Assembly: GCA_038496445.1 (NCBI GenBank)
Contig: JALMLS010000629.1
Coordinates: forward strand, 1 to 35,758
DNA length: 35,758 bases
Direction: 5' to 3'
From: Trichosphaerium sp. ATCC 40318
Lineage: Eukaryota > Protista > Tubulinea
Shown: piece after piece, positions 1 through 11,545 of the stretch
Position numbering within the stretch: position 1 is the first letter of the stretch
Layout of the letters: every line of letters begins with the position of its first letter
Notes under the pieces: model-generated
Told to the model about the DNA's origin: nothing
The model's input: the letters and a program-made list of their open reading frames with translations, nothing else
The model's database searches: none
Position numbers and translations under genes: made by a program

Positions 1-537
1 ATACAATACATCATTTTTGGCTGTTTGGGATGTTGCATAAGTTAGAAAGAGGAAAAAAACTGTAGACTTTTTTTGAAAAAGGGCACTACAACAAATGAAA
101 AGCGGTTAGCTCGGTTTTGTATCGCTAATCAAGAGCAATAAGCTGAACTTGACGTTTTTTGCGGAGCCACGACTAACGTTTTAGTGTGCACACTCAGGGT
201 CGATGCACTACTACTCTTTATACACTTTCTAGGTATAAATGATGAACAAAAAAGAACCTAGCTAGAAGATTTTCACATTTTACAATAACGTCATACCTTA
301 AAAACAGTAAAACGTATTTATTTTTTCTCACGGCTACAGGTTTATATTAAACTCTCATACTTACTGTGTAGATTCAAAGCATGCAGTGCTTACACCACAG
401 CACATTCAACTGCTTAGCGAAAAATTCTCTATTTGGGCTTTACGGCAAGAACAATCTTATAAAAACTGTACTGATAGACAGGAACGACTTTTAAAAACAG
501 ACAAATTTATGGAAGGGAAGCTTGGTACTTTATTGAC

Positions 538-1090
538 TAGTCTGCTTGACAACAGTATCGGACTTTCATATCGGGGCGCCTATAGCCATTTCTACCATTT
601 CACTTCTAATACATTCCAGTCCTCCAGTAGGTTTACATGGTACTCTATAAGTCACGCGTGGAATGTTAGACCAATTTTGTTCACTTGCAACAGATAAATT
701 GAGCACCTGTAGGAGGCTTTGTATTGTAGCTATTTGGGCATACTTTTCCTCCATGGAATCGCTTGTGGTTATATGTAGATTTATGTTCGCCACGGCCATA
801 TGGACGGTCGTCATCGTACCTTAAAAGAAGTTGTAAAGAGCTGACAAATCAGTTTTGAAAAAAACAAAGTACCACTTTCCATTGCAAGGAACAGGTTCGC
901 AACAGTATCTCAGTTTCATATCTGGACACGTCTCCGAATTATCACTATTCTTGCACTGTAATCCGCCTGCCAATGTACATCAGGCTCTGAAAACATAGTC
1001 TGTGTGCCAATCTGTTCCAGAAGAAACTTGTACACATTGAACGTTTGTGGCTTTGTAACCATTCGGACCTTTCAATGTCTGCGTATTCAA
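538..1090 (-). pseudogene. Degenerate gene with tandem WxxW (mucin/CILP-type Cys-rich) domains
   Basis: Minus-strand exons read PNGYKATNVQCVQVSSGTDWHTDYVFRA*CTLAGGLQCKNSDNSETCPDMKLRYCCEPVPCNGKW | intron | YDDDRPYGRGEHKSTYNHKRFHGGKVCPNSY...PCKPTGGLECIRSE...PDMKVRYCCQAD*. This matches the WxxW pattern (W.DxDxPxGxG...C...C...GLxCxN...CxDxxVRYCC). There is an in-frame TGA at 980-982 and frameshifts in the last exon. Confidence 0.7.
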
Positions 1091-1934
1091 AGGTACCCGT
1101 GTCATTTTGAAAAATAGCTCATCACAAACCCCTTTGAATGGTATCTTGATCACTGCTAGCTTTTGGATCCTAATACACTATCCACATGAAAAAGGTATTG
1201 TAAGCGTGTCTTGTAAGTATCAATGTATTTGAGTAAACTTAACCAGTTTTAAAAGACTTGTCTTCATTTTGTGATAAGCTATGACATTCTGTTGAAGAAA
1301 ATTCCAAATTCTTATGAGCTCAATCTCAGCTGTCCAAACTGTCGCTGTCAAAGGGAGTACAATTCCTTTAGGGTATTTTTCCGATTTTCCAAAGGTACAT
1401 GGGCTTTGAGGTACCAGGTAATTTTGTTACATTACTAAGAAGGCTATTAATGTAATACACTCAGACAGAATTCTCAACTCGTTCCTGTTTAGCATGAGGT
1501 CAAAGACAAGCACCAGATTTTGTTTATTGTTGTAGAATATTGTCTGTTGTAGTCAAGCAACAATGCTTTGATTTGAATTTGTTACTTACAAGCATGAGTC
1601 TAAATGAACAACTGCTAGAAGAAAAACAATCGACAAGCGATATACAGTATCAAACATCACAGGCGCTCTTGTTAGAACAGCTAATCAAAATTCTGCTTAT
1701 ACAGACGTAAAGAGCATTGTGCAGTCAACAAACAAACACTTTCGTACTGTTGCTTCTGCTATGGTATGTGGTAAGAGATGTTTTAAAGGGTATCTATGTA
1801 CTCGAAGCAATCCATAAAAACAAAGAAATTAAACAATCACGCACGTGCTACTAGAATTTCATTGACAAAGGAATAAAAGAGTCGTTGTGGTACATGGTGT
1901 ATCACACATTATATGTTGTACATTTCAAAAACAG

Positions 1935-4900
1935 CTATGAGCTATCGTTACTCTCAAGACTTGCAATTCGGGCTAGTAGTTTAGCAATTTGATTGCATTG
2001 GTTGGCATTTTCTTCGTTCAGTTTAGCATTGTCTTCCTCCAGTTTAGTGATTCTGGTATTTGATTCCTCAATGATAGTTGTGTTTTCTTGTTTGAGCTTT
2101 GTGACTTCTTGTTTTAGTGATAGTACACGCTGGTCTTGTATACATGGCTCATCAGGTTGATCCAGCGTTGCGGCTGCCCATAATTTTCTTCACAGTAAAT
2201 AAGTAAGACATTTAGTATTGTGTAGTCTTACCGTTTAGTGATAAATGAGTCTTCATCAAACAGCTCTTCTGACTCGCTATCATATTCTGATTTTGAAAAC
2301 TCTTTGCTTTCTATGTTTTCTACAATTTCACTTCCAATTGGTTTGATAATCTTGGCCTTCTTTGGTTTGTTTGATTTCTTCTTTTTTCCTTCACTTTTTT
2401 TCTGAGCCACCCGTTTTCTTGGCTTTTTTACAACACTTATGATATATCGTGCCACAGCTTGTACATCTAAATTAAACAATTAAAAAATACTTTGTTACAC
2501 CTCATGGTATTATTTACCTTGAGCCACAACCAACTCGTCCCATTTGCATTTATCAATATTGTCACTTACAGCTTCTCCCTTTTTGTTTACCACTGCATAA
2601 TGACTTTGGTACCCAGGTTTAATAGGCTTACCCTGAAAGTTGATAACATCACTAGGTTTTTCAATTACCTACCAATATTGTAAATAAACATAGAACCCAT
2701 GTGTGTGTACAGGATACACATTGCCAGGTGTAACTAAACTCAAAATCAGAATTTTGTCACCTTTAGCGGTGGTATCATAAGAACAAGCATATTCAAGACT
2801 ACTCTACAATAACATATTAGAACAAATGCAAAGTGATGATTAAATAGTACTGTAAAATAGATTCCTTGTCCATAATATCCAGCATCCAATGCACTTACAG
2901 TTCCAAATCCAGCTTTTACAATGCTGTGTGCTGCTTCAGCACGTGTTCCATGTGCCATTAACACAACAGGTAACTGAAAATTAGTCACAAGTTATTATTA
3001 TTACTACAATGTACCTCTGTGCTGTTGGTTGATCTGGGTATCAAAGATAAAAACTTATCAAAAACACTTGTCCGTTGATCATGGCTCCAATCATTCTTAC
3101 AAAATAACTTTGGTAGTTCTCTAGGTAACAATCAATATTTCCTAAAACATGTGCATGTACTGTGTACGTACTGGTGCCTATGCTTCAGTATTGTGTTGTA
3201 CATCCCAAAGTTCTGAAGCAAGACATCATTGCAAACAAGATATGCTGATTTAACAGTGACTTGATCATATCCATGCATTTTAGACATCTGTTCATGAAGA
3301 AACTTTAATTCTCTTTTGGCTACAGTGTCAGTCTCATCAAAAAGGTCCAATGTTCTGTAATGGGTTGCTTTTTCAATAAAACTTCCAAAATGGTTAATGA
3401 TTAAAGGCACTAAAACTCAACTTGTTGTTTGATCTATACTGTGCATACTCTAATCGTGGTTTAAGTCCCATGATGTCTTACTTGTTTAACCCTTGTTAAA
3501 ATAAACTGGTTGGTAAAAACGGTATTGTACCAACATTAGTGCCATTAATAGTGTATTTGGTCTAATGGGCTGAATAGCATATGTACCATGTTTACATTCG
3601 AGATGTACGTCATCAATAAGTTTCTACCACAAGTTAAAAAAGATTAAACAAACTGACATGCAATATGTTCTTTATCTTTGTTTTCAGAACAATAGCTGCA
3701 TATGTAATGCTCTGTAAACCCTATACAACAATAAACAACAATATTCACTATTAGCACTTACGCTTTGGGTTATCTGGTTGAATAGAGTTTATACACCACC
3801 CTTCTTCTGTGCACATTTGATAAATGGTCTGAATTTGGCTTGTTTTTTTACTCCACATATCATCTGGTAAATCGTACAAAATACCTTCCATTAGTCCTCC
3901 TTGCTCAACCCAAAATCTCTATTGATGAAATTAGCACTTGAACTTAAAAATGTATTGGTACCGGGGATTGTACAAATATGCGATTGTAAGTACAAATTAA
4001 AGTGCAAATACCTTTTTGCATTGCAAGCTTAAAATAAGAGCGTGTTGGCTTGGTGTAGAATTAGTCAACACTTTGAATAAAAGCTGTACCAAGTACTGTA
4101 ACCATTTTGCAAGCTTATATTTCCATCCATGACTTTTTATATATGTCCATGATAGCCACAGCTGTTGTTGATTTGTTGGAAAGTGTGCCAAAAGAGTTTC
4201 AAACACTTTGGTGTATGCAGGATCATTATCAACCACCTTTTTTGCTACAGATTTAAAATCAAAGTTATGTCCTCTCATGGTCTGAGAAAAAACAAAACTT
4301 GCTTTTGATAAGATGAGAAACACTTCAGCATTTCTATGTTGAGCTACTAATAGTCAGGTTCTTTGTGTTTTGGTAATGTAATTTAGTGTTAAACTTGCAC
4401 ACCTGCATAAAATAAAGGCGTCCATCCTTTATTGTCTACTGCTTCAATATTAGCACCCGAAAACAGTAATTGTCTAGCTGTTTTGCTGTCACCATATTCA
4501 ACTAGCAAGTGTAAGATAATTTTAAACTCCAAGATGTTATGACCAGCAATATGTAAAGAGGTGTGTCCATATTTATCAGTAGCATTGACATTTGCTTTCA
4601 CATTGATTAATAACATAATAGTATTAGTGTGCCCATGGCATACTGGAAAGTGTGAGAACATATATTTCATATATACACCATAATACCTGCTTTGTGTAAA
4701 GCTGTCTGGCCACAGGTATCTCTAGCATTGACATTTGCATTTGCGTTGAGCAATAAATTGACTATATTGTTGTGTCCACAGCATACTGAAAAGTGAGAGA
4801 ACGTATTTCACATTTATAACAATACCTGCTTTGTGTAAAGCTGTCTCTCCATCTTTGTCTGTATCATTGACATTTGCATTTGCAAAGAGCAATAATTTAG

Positions 4901-5605
4901 CAACATCATTGTGTCCACAAAATGCTGTAAAGTGAGACCATGTACATTATATATTTACAATATTGTACCTGCTTTGTGTAAAGCTGTCTCTCCATATGTA
5001 TCTCTAGCATTGACATTTGCATTTGCATTTATCAATAAATTAACGACAATGTAGTGTCCACAGTATGCTGCACAGTGTTAAAATACTTTGTATATTTACA
5101 TCAGGTACCTGTTAAATGTAAAGCTGTCTGTTCATGTTTATTTGTAGCATTGATGTTTACACCAGCATTTATCAAGAACATAGCGGTCTGAAAGTCTCCA
5201 CAACATGCTGTAAAAAGTCAGAATGTACATTTGATATTTATAAATACACTGAGTGAAAAACATTTACAGTACCTGCTTTATGTAAGGCTCCATTTTTACT
5301 ATCTGTGTCTGTAGTATCATTGTGTCCATGGCATGCTGAAAAATGTTAGAACATATGTTGTATACTTACTATACAATACCTGCTTTGTGTAAAGCTGTTT
5401 GTCCATACTTATCTGTAGCATTGACATTTGATCCAAGGTTCTTCAGTTTGGCTAGGTATTATTATTAATAGCGATACCTTTTAAGTCTCTAATATTCTCT
5501 TGGCCTTACGTATCATGATATGTAACCGCAGATGCTATACTTCTTGGTTTTCCGTTTTCCGCACTTTGCTAAAAAAGGCGTTAATCTAACTACCTCCCCA
5601 CTCAT
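1935..5605 (-). CDS. Multi-exon ankyrin-repeat protein with a PARP-like (H-Y-E) ADP-ribosyltransferase domain, Lys-rich/acidic linker and C-terminal coiled coil
   Basis: About 7 ankyrin repeats (e.g. GHNDVAKLLLFANANVNDTDKDGETALHKA) at ~4400-5450. ART core VVLMAHGTRAEAAHSIVKAGFG...GYYGQGIYFT (~2850-2990), then GKPIKPGYQSHYAVV and WDELVVAQ (~2520-2630). Coiled coil LKQEVTKLKQE...ITKLEEDNAKLNEE ends in TAG at 1935. Putative ATG at 5605 (MSGE). GT-AG introns throughout. Confidence 0.82.
4400..5452 (-). repeat. Tandem exon+intron units (~140-bp period), one ankyrin repeat per 99-nt phase-1 exon
   Basis: Exons end in ...TALHKA-g|gt (or the equivalent position). The introns resemble each other (gtattgt...aaat...gttctc(t/a)cacttttcag). 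One exon is shortened in frame to about 63 nt. Confidence 0.85.
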
Positions 5606-6384
5606 CACAACTTAAATTTGCTTCTTGAAACATTGGCAACAGGCTTTACACAGCAAACTACAGTGTTGGAAGTACATTCAATCTGTTCCTAGATGCCACA
5701 AGGAGTTTGGAGATTAAGTCTCAAGAAGAAAAAGAAAAGACAATGCGCTTAAAATATTGTTATTTGTTGTGTGGTGCTCGCTGCCAAAGTTTTAGGTGGG
5801 CAGTTTAAGTTATATGAGTCTGGGTCCTCCGCTATATGACGGAGGTAGTCTAAATACATTTCTTTGATCGAAAATGATGTTATGGTTTTTTCAAGCGCAT
5901 TTGTTCATGTTCCGTTAGCGCTCAACGTGCCAACGTATACGACAGCTTTTTACGTGCCTTTTTGGCTTTTTTATCACGTGATCGCTCTACAACGTTTGTT
6001 TTAGCAAATTGGTACGTAATTTTGAGATGACGTACTGCGTCGGTAGTTACAGTGTTTTTTTAAAGGTCATCTTTTTTCGAACAGGTCTTGGTTTTTTCGA
6101 ACATTTGTATGTGTACCTTATTTCAAACTCAGAGCTTCACGAATAGAGTCTCTTCAAAGAGTGTAGAATCACCATAATTGGCAAGGTACTATGTAACGAG
6201 AATTGACCGATTTTGATGACGTTACTTGTCAGACAAGGAATAATATTGTCACATGACCCAAATGGATATTATGTTTTGGGTAAAGAAATGGGTACCCGAA
6301 ACGCCGCATGTGCGAGGCGAAGGAAAAACAGCGAAAACAGGTTTTACCAAGTTCACGGGGAATATTGGATCCGTATTTCGCTCC

Positions 6385-6700
6385 AAAACTGATTTGTCAG
6401 CTCTGTACAACTTCTTATCTTCTTTTGAGGTACAATGACGACCGTCCAGATGGCCGTGGCGAGTTTGAATCTACATATAACCACAAGCGATTCCATGGAG
6501 GAAAAGTATGCCCAAATAACTACAATCCTACAGCGCAATGTTTGTCCGTTGCACATGGAGAAAATTGGTCTGACATTCCACGACATGAAAGTCCGCTACT
6601 CCTGTCAAGCCGACTAGTCAATAAAGTACTAAGCTTCCCTTCAATAAGTTTGTCTTGCTGTTGTTAAAAGTCGTTCCTGTCTCTATCAGTAAAGTTGTTA
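6385..6700 (+). pseudogene. Inverted duplicate of the last WxxW exon and its 3' flank, with an internal deletion
   Basis: Reverse-complement match to ~460-860. Reads YNDDRPDGRGEFESTYNHKRFHGGKVCPNNYNPTAQCLSVAHGENWSDIP, then jumps to DMKVRYSCQAD; the PCKPTGGLEC segment is missing. Confidence 0.8.
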
Positions 6701-6738
6701 CAAGATGGGTTTAGTAATAAAAAAAAAAGAAGTGAAAG

Positions 6739-7102
6739 TAACGCCCTTCCGTTATGAATACAAGCAATATTCATATTCATTGTCCCGTAAGCCATATTCA
6801 TTAATATTCATTCATGAATATTCATGGGCGTTTGGTGAGTCAGGATGTTGAGGAGCTTTTGGTTTGTAGCACCTAGCGATGTTCCAAATGGATAGATTCA
6901 ACAAGTTGCATTTGAAAACCGAATCGGAATAGTCAACAGAACACCAAAACCCACAAATCCAGTCAAAATCAGCCATCAAATTGCACAATTTTCGGCCTTT
7001 TACTGTGTGCATGAATAATGAATGAATTTTTTTAGTCGTGAATTTGTGAATGTAGGCTGTATTTGAATATTCAAATTATTCATCCATAACGGAAGAGCGT
7101 TA
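6739..7102. mobile_element. Non-autonomous hAT-type MITE (364 bp)
   Basis: TIRs TAACGCCCTTCCGTTATG (6739-6756) and CATAACGGAAGAGCGTTA (7085-7102) match at 17/18. Perfect 8-bp TSD AGTGAAAG at 6731-6738 and 7103-7110. Subterminal ATTCAT motifs cluster on the left and TGAAT motifs on the right. No transposase ORF. Confidence 0.9.
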
Positions 7103-7662
7103 AGTGAAAGTTCAAGCGGGTTTTCTTTGATTGCTTTATTTGCATCTCAGTGCGCTTGGCAAACACAACCAACAGTATGGAGCACTGTTGGTAAATTTGT
7201 TCTTTACAAAATAGATCAACCACACACGTGACACCACTTTTCACCTGTTTCACCTTATGCGACAAAAAGACTCATTTTTCTTACTTTTAGTCCTACTTCT
7301 ACTCGTATTTTGACGAGCACTCAAATTGTGCTACTGTTAAATTTCGACCCTTTTAGAGGTACTGATGATTGGTCTGACTTGCGTTCTATTTAGGGGAATG
7401 ATTGGCGCCTTTATGTACAACTAGGACCTGATGCCAGCGTTTCTCCAACATCACAAATCACAAGTGCTGTAAGCGCAGATATCAGATCTTTTGTTTCATT
7501 CCTTCACCTTCATCCTTTCTTTCCAAATTTACCAGGTGACATTGCTGGAACATGCATCCCAAGCGATCCTGACTTGGGTACATTCAAGAACTTCATGCAA
7601 AACGAGGACATCTCACCGCAAGCAACACGGCTCAGGTCAATGCCTTCAACAATACCAATAAA
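7103..7662 (+). pseudogene. Pseudogene copy of the secreted JAB-like protein family
   Basis: Homologous to 11546-12654 (CAWQTQPTVW; GNDWRLYVQLGPDASVSPTSQITS; FLHLHPFFPNLPGDIAGTCIPSDPDLGTFK). The start is changed to GTG, exons 2-3 are largely deleted, there are further deletions, and the MITE sits at the start. Confidence 0.88.
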
Positions 7663-7664
7663 TA

Positions 7665-8325
7665 CTTGCCTTAATATTAAGAAGCTCCTGTCGGAAATGC
7701 CATTTCAAGAATATCCACCCAATACCTAGATTCTATTATACACTTTAGTGGTAACTTAAACAGCCAGTGGAAAAAAGAATACAACCATTGAAAACAATCA
7801 ATCACTAAAGCCAAGGATAGTAGGTGAAACGTACTACATAGACAAATTTTCTGTTGCTCAATGACATTTGTGACCGATATTATTCATGCAACGTGTATTA
7901 AGTATTCTGGTTTTAATATGTTAATGTTCTATGACAGTGCTTATGGTATCAATGACAATGATCTCATAGCTATATCGAAATAAATAGTATAAACACCCTT
8001 GAGTGCTTTGATACTTCACTGTAACATTTGAACAATTGTTTAGGATACTTTCATGTAATTTAAGTTGATACCCTCATCTGTCACATAGTATTTATCTCAA
8101 AGAGTGTAAGAACCAGTGGTACAACAAATTGGACTCAGACAACACAATGTCTGATACACAACAGGTCTAGCATCTATTAGTTAACTTACTTTATTTGGAT
8201 TCCATGTAATGCCTAACGTTTCAACAGCTTCCTTTGTAATTGCTGTGTTTTCTCCATTAATGTGTATTGATTTGAGAAACTACCCAAAATCTATGGTATG
8301 AACGCCAAAAAGGCGTGATATGTCA
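7665..8325 (-). pseudogene. Inverted, deleted remnant of the F-box/LRR gene and its 3' flank
   Basis: ~8085-8281 is the reverse complement of ~29675-29865 (FLKSIHINGENTAITKEAVETLGITWNPK). ~8282-8325 is the reverse complement of ~29198-29242. ~7680-7860 is the reverse complement of ~29985-30240. Confidence 0.85.
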
Positions 8326-8760
8326 ACTTGTTGTCTTTCAAGGGCGGTTGAGGTTCAAGGTCATCCAAGTTCTGAAGCAAGTCATTGTATGCGTAGTCGC
8401 TTATAAACGTATGACCAGTTTTTGTGGTCAAGGTACTGTCAGTATCCTGGTTCCCAGCTACTGTCTTGTTGAATTTTTCTAAGTTTTTCTTATTTTCTCG
8501 GTATCAGCATTAGGTAACGGCTGTAAATATTTTTCGTTTCTTTGAACTCCGTGTTAGTATTAATTCCTTCTTCCTCTTCTTCCCCTTCTATTATTTGCGC
8601 TAGCTTTTTTGCATCGATTTGTTGTTTTTGTTCCAGTACGTATCTTGTAGAGCTGGTCTTTGACTTCTTCTTGGTTCTCTTGTAGTAGCCGCTTTCGGCT
8701 TGATATTACAAGGTGCGCTCCTAAAGAAAAGAAGTAAGAACAAGAGAGCCACGTACCGTC
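8326..8760 (-). pseudogene. Possible degraded coding fragment (charged, Glu/Lys-rich)
   Basis: A pyrimidine-rich acceptor-like site near 8722 is followed by YYKRTKKKSKTSSTRYVLEQKQQIDAKKLAQIIEGEEEEEG... and ...ISDYAYNDLLQNLDDLEPQPPLKD, interrupted by stops and frameshifts. No family recognised. Confidence 0.3.
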
Positions 8761-10076
8761 AATTGTGAAAAAGGTGAAGCAATGTGTTAGAGATATACAC
8801 GTGCTTATATTGATAAGAAATGTTATCTATTACTAGTAGTTATGTAATATTCAGAAATTCATAAAAACGACGGATTTGTTTATAACGGTTCTGGAAAACC
8901 CTTTTGAAGAACAGGAGTTTTAATTAGTTCTTTTTTTTTCTAAAGTACCATTCTTCGTGCTGTAGTTCCGCCTTCCTGGCTGTGCCGACGCACAACTTAT
9001 CGTACCAAGGTAGTTTGTAATCACTGCTGGAACTATTGAGCAAGATCTTGCAACAATACTTCTCTTTTTTCGCGGCAGCAACTTTTAATTTGTGATGTCA
9101 GTTCACTAGAAAGTAGTTTTGTACCATATTTAGTAACCTAAAGATATCGTACAACCTAACATGAAAGAATTTGAACTGGCACCGGTCTATTTTCCCTAGC
9201 GTTGTACTTCCTCACTCTGATGTTTACTATCTCTTACCCTACACTCTAACCGTTGGGGGTAGCACCTTACACCATGGATTACGGTAGTATCCTACGCTCG
9301 TATAAAAAACCCTCGACAAGCTGCAAATGCTTCAAACACTAATTAGACGCCTAACCTATCACGTATGGTATCCTAACGCTCTTTGACGCTAGTTAAAGCT
9401 AGATGGGGTAACAACGGCCAAAAAAAGCAACGACTTGCGACAAAACGCCTTTGAGCTTTTTTTTTTTTGCTCAACTAACACCGTAGCAACCTCAGCACGC
9501 CTGTGTGATTATAAATACAAAAAAAACTTCTAGTTCTGCAATATAACTCAACGCAACCTCAACACTTTATAGGCGTGACCTTGAGCGTTGCAACCTCAAA
9601 ACAAAGTAGTACATATTAACAAGTGGTTTTGAGCGAGAGCCTTAAAAGAAGGATCACTTGGTGCTGTCTAGTTATGAGCGCTGCTACTGACAAAGATAAG
9701 AAGTTGCGCAAGAAATTAAATTTGGGTTACCTTTATGTTTCTATACACCATGTAGTATTGCGAGAGTACAGGTGATGGAGAAAAGACCAAAAACCACAAC
9801 AGAGCTGCACGAGGTAACAGTAAACCCTTATCACCTACGAATGGGATACCTCTACAATAAAAGCTAAACAGAGTTTAAGCCAATACTCCTATGTTGTTGC
9901 AGCTTCAGGTCTTACTCCACAAGAAGCAAAGTCATGACTTCCTTAATGGTAGTTTTTTTTATGGTTTTCGTTAGTTGTAGATTACACGTTGCATTAGTGG
10001 TATTATCATGTTGTGTGCCGTTTAAACTTGGTTGAACAAGGTACGACTCTCTTTGTTTCAAAAGGCGAACCAACGC

Positions 10077-10209
10077 TACCATAGCATCACCTACGCACAG
10101 CGATGCTAAAAATAAAGGTTTTTGTCCTGTTTTTTGAGCATGCGAAACTTCTTTGGCGGATTTACCATAGCATCACCTACGCACAGCGATGAAAAATAAA
10201 GGTTTTTGT
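10077..10209. repeat. Two-copy direct repeat (~47-49 bp) with a 37-bp spacer
   Basis: TACCATAGCATCACCTACGCACAGCGATG(CT)AAAAATAAAGGTTTTTGT at 10077-10125 and 10163-10209. Confidence 0.9.
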
Positions 10210-10219
10210 AATCTTTTTT

Positions 10220-11180
10220 TACTGATAATCGGGTAAATTCCGGTTTGACCTGTTTCCTTCGACCAGTGGTGGAAACGTAGTTGGTAAGCTTGTCGTTGGT
10301 GCTTTCGTAGTAAGAGTCACAGTTGGCTAATGTTGTGGAGTAAGGGTTGGTGGCGTAGGGAGTTGATCTATAGATCTTTAGTTAAAAGATATGAAATGGA
10401 GTTTTAAGGGTACCAATAAAACCATCACAGCTGAGAAAACATGTACTCAAGGATGTTACAACGGTAACAAGCAAATATAAACATTGTAGTGTTATTGATT
10501 TTTTTTCTTTTTGTAGCACAAGGGTTGAAGTATTCGCTTTCGTCAGTAATACCTAATAAAGATGTTAGACAAGCTTAAATCAACCGCGAACCTTGGACAG
10601 TAGTCTTGTTTGACTGAAAATTCAGCAAATGACGTTCAACCAAAAACTGGTGAACACGTTATCCTTTGTTGTAGAACAGTTTTGATTGCTTGCGCTATGT
10701 TTTGATGGCATAACACCTCAAAGAAGGTCTTTAGGCCTAATGTGCATCAATTTTACAGATAGACTGCGCTTTCAGTAATGACTAAAAAACACTAACAACA
10801 ATTGGGAATCCGAGTATGAGTTCCAACGGCCTAAAGAATTAACAACTTACTACCTTTCACCATAACATTGTACGATATTTAAAGTCAAACTAAAAGCTAC
10901 AAATGTTCAATGTTACATTAACCTCCAGATATGGAGAAACATACCCGAACCTGGCAGGCATTACAAAGAATAGCGAAATTTGCTTGTCCACATAAAAAGA
11001 TACTGTTGTCAATATTGGCAATGGATAACTGATCAATGTACTCGGGCCCAAACTAAAGATTCTGATACAACTCGTATTGCTTTTGGGTAAATGACGAAAT
11101 CCAGGGCACGGGAAGCTTTTGAATGCACAGTTGGAAGATACTTGTTTTGCACTGAAAATTCTTGTGACAACTATAAACAT
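10220..11180 (-). pseudogene. Probable degenerate surface-protein gene with a Pro/Thr-rich segment
   Basis: ORF 10890-11180 plus downstream exon-like pieces ending in QLPTPPTLTPQH*PTVTLTTKAPTTSLPTTFPP (in-frame TAG). The style resembles the PT-rich genes at 24984 and 34237. Confidence 0.35.
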
Positions 11181-11357
11181 TCGCTACACCAACAAATATG
11201 ATGTACAACGCTTTGATTATTGGCATTTTATGTTGTATTTCCGTTCAGCATCTTGTACTTTCACAAAGTGAGTGATGGTTGTAAACGTATTCCCTCCAAT
11301 AACCTTTCTTTAGGTTATCCTACTCCTTTCTGCGCATCTGAATACTGGTCAAAATGG

Positions 11358-11460
11358 TACTAAGCTTCCCTTCAATAAGTTTGTCTTGCTGTTTTTAAAA
11401 GTCGTTCCTGTCTCTATCAGTAAAGTTTTTATCAGATTATTGGCGTAAAGCCCAAATATT
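11358..11460 (+). repeat. Third copy of the WxxW-gene 3' flank, upstream of the intact JAB-like gene
   Basis: GTACTAAGCTTCCCTTCAATAAGTTTGTCTTGCTG...AAAAGTCGTTCCTGTCTCTATCAGTAAAGTT is also at ~6627-6697 and, inverted and more diverged, at ~430-530. Confidence 0.85.
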
Positions 11461-11545
11461 AAAAAGCATAACAATCCCACAACGTCAATACCTAAAAAGT
11501 CTTGGTTTAGTCAAAAAAAAAGCAGCTAAAAAGTTTCAATTGAAA

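Noticed and set aside
980-982. In-frame TGA in a WxxW exon as selenocysteine or recoding
   Set aside because: It aligns with Pro rather than Cys in the neighbouring repeat, and the gene also has frameshifts, so it is a pseudogene lesion.
5826-5845. CCTCCG-N8-CGGAGG hairpin as a Helitron 3' end
   Set aside because: There is no correctly placed CTRR|T terminus and no matching 5' TC end was identified.
6812-7012. 66-aa ORF inside the MITE
   Set aside because: No transposase motifs; probably a chance ORF.
10077-10209. CRISPR-like repeat-spacer-repeat with a weak AGCATC/GATGCT stem
   Set aside because: Only two units, no cas genes and a eukaryotic context. A simple local duplication explains it.
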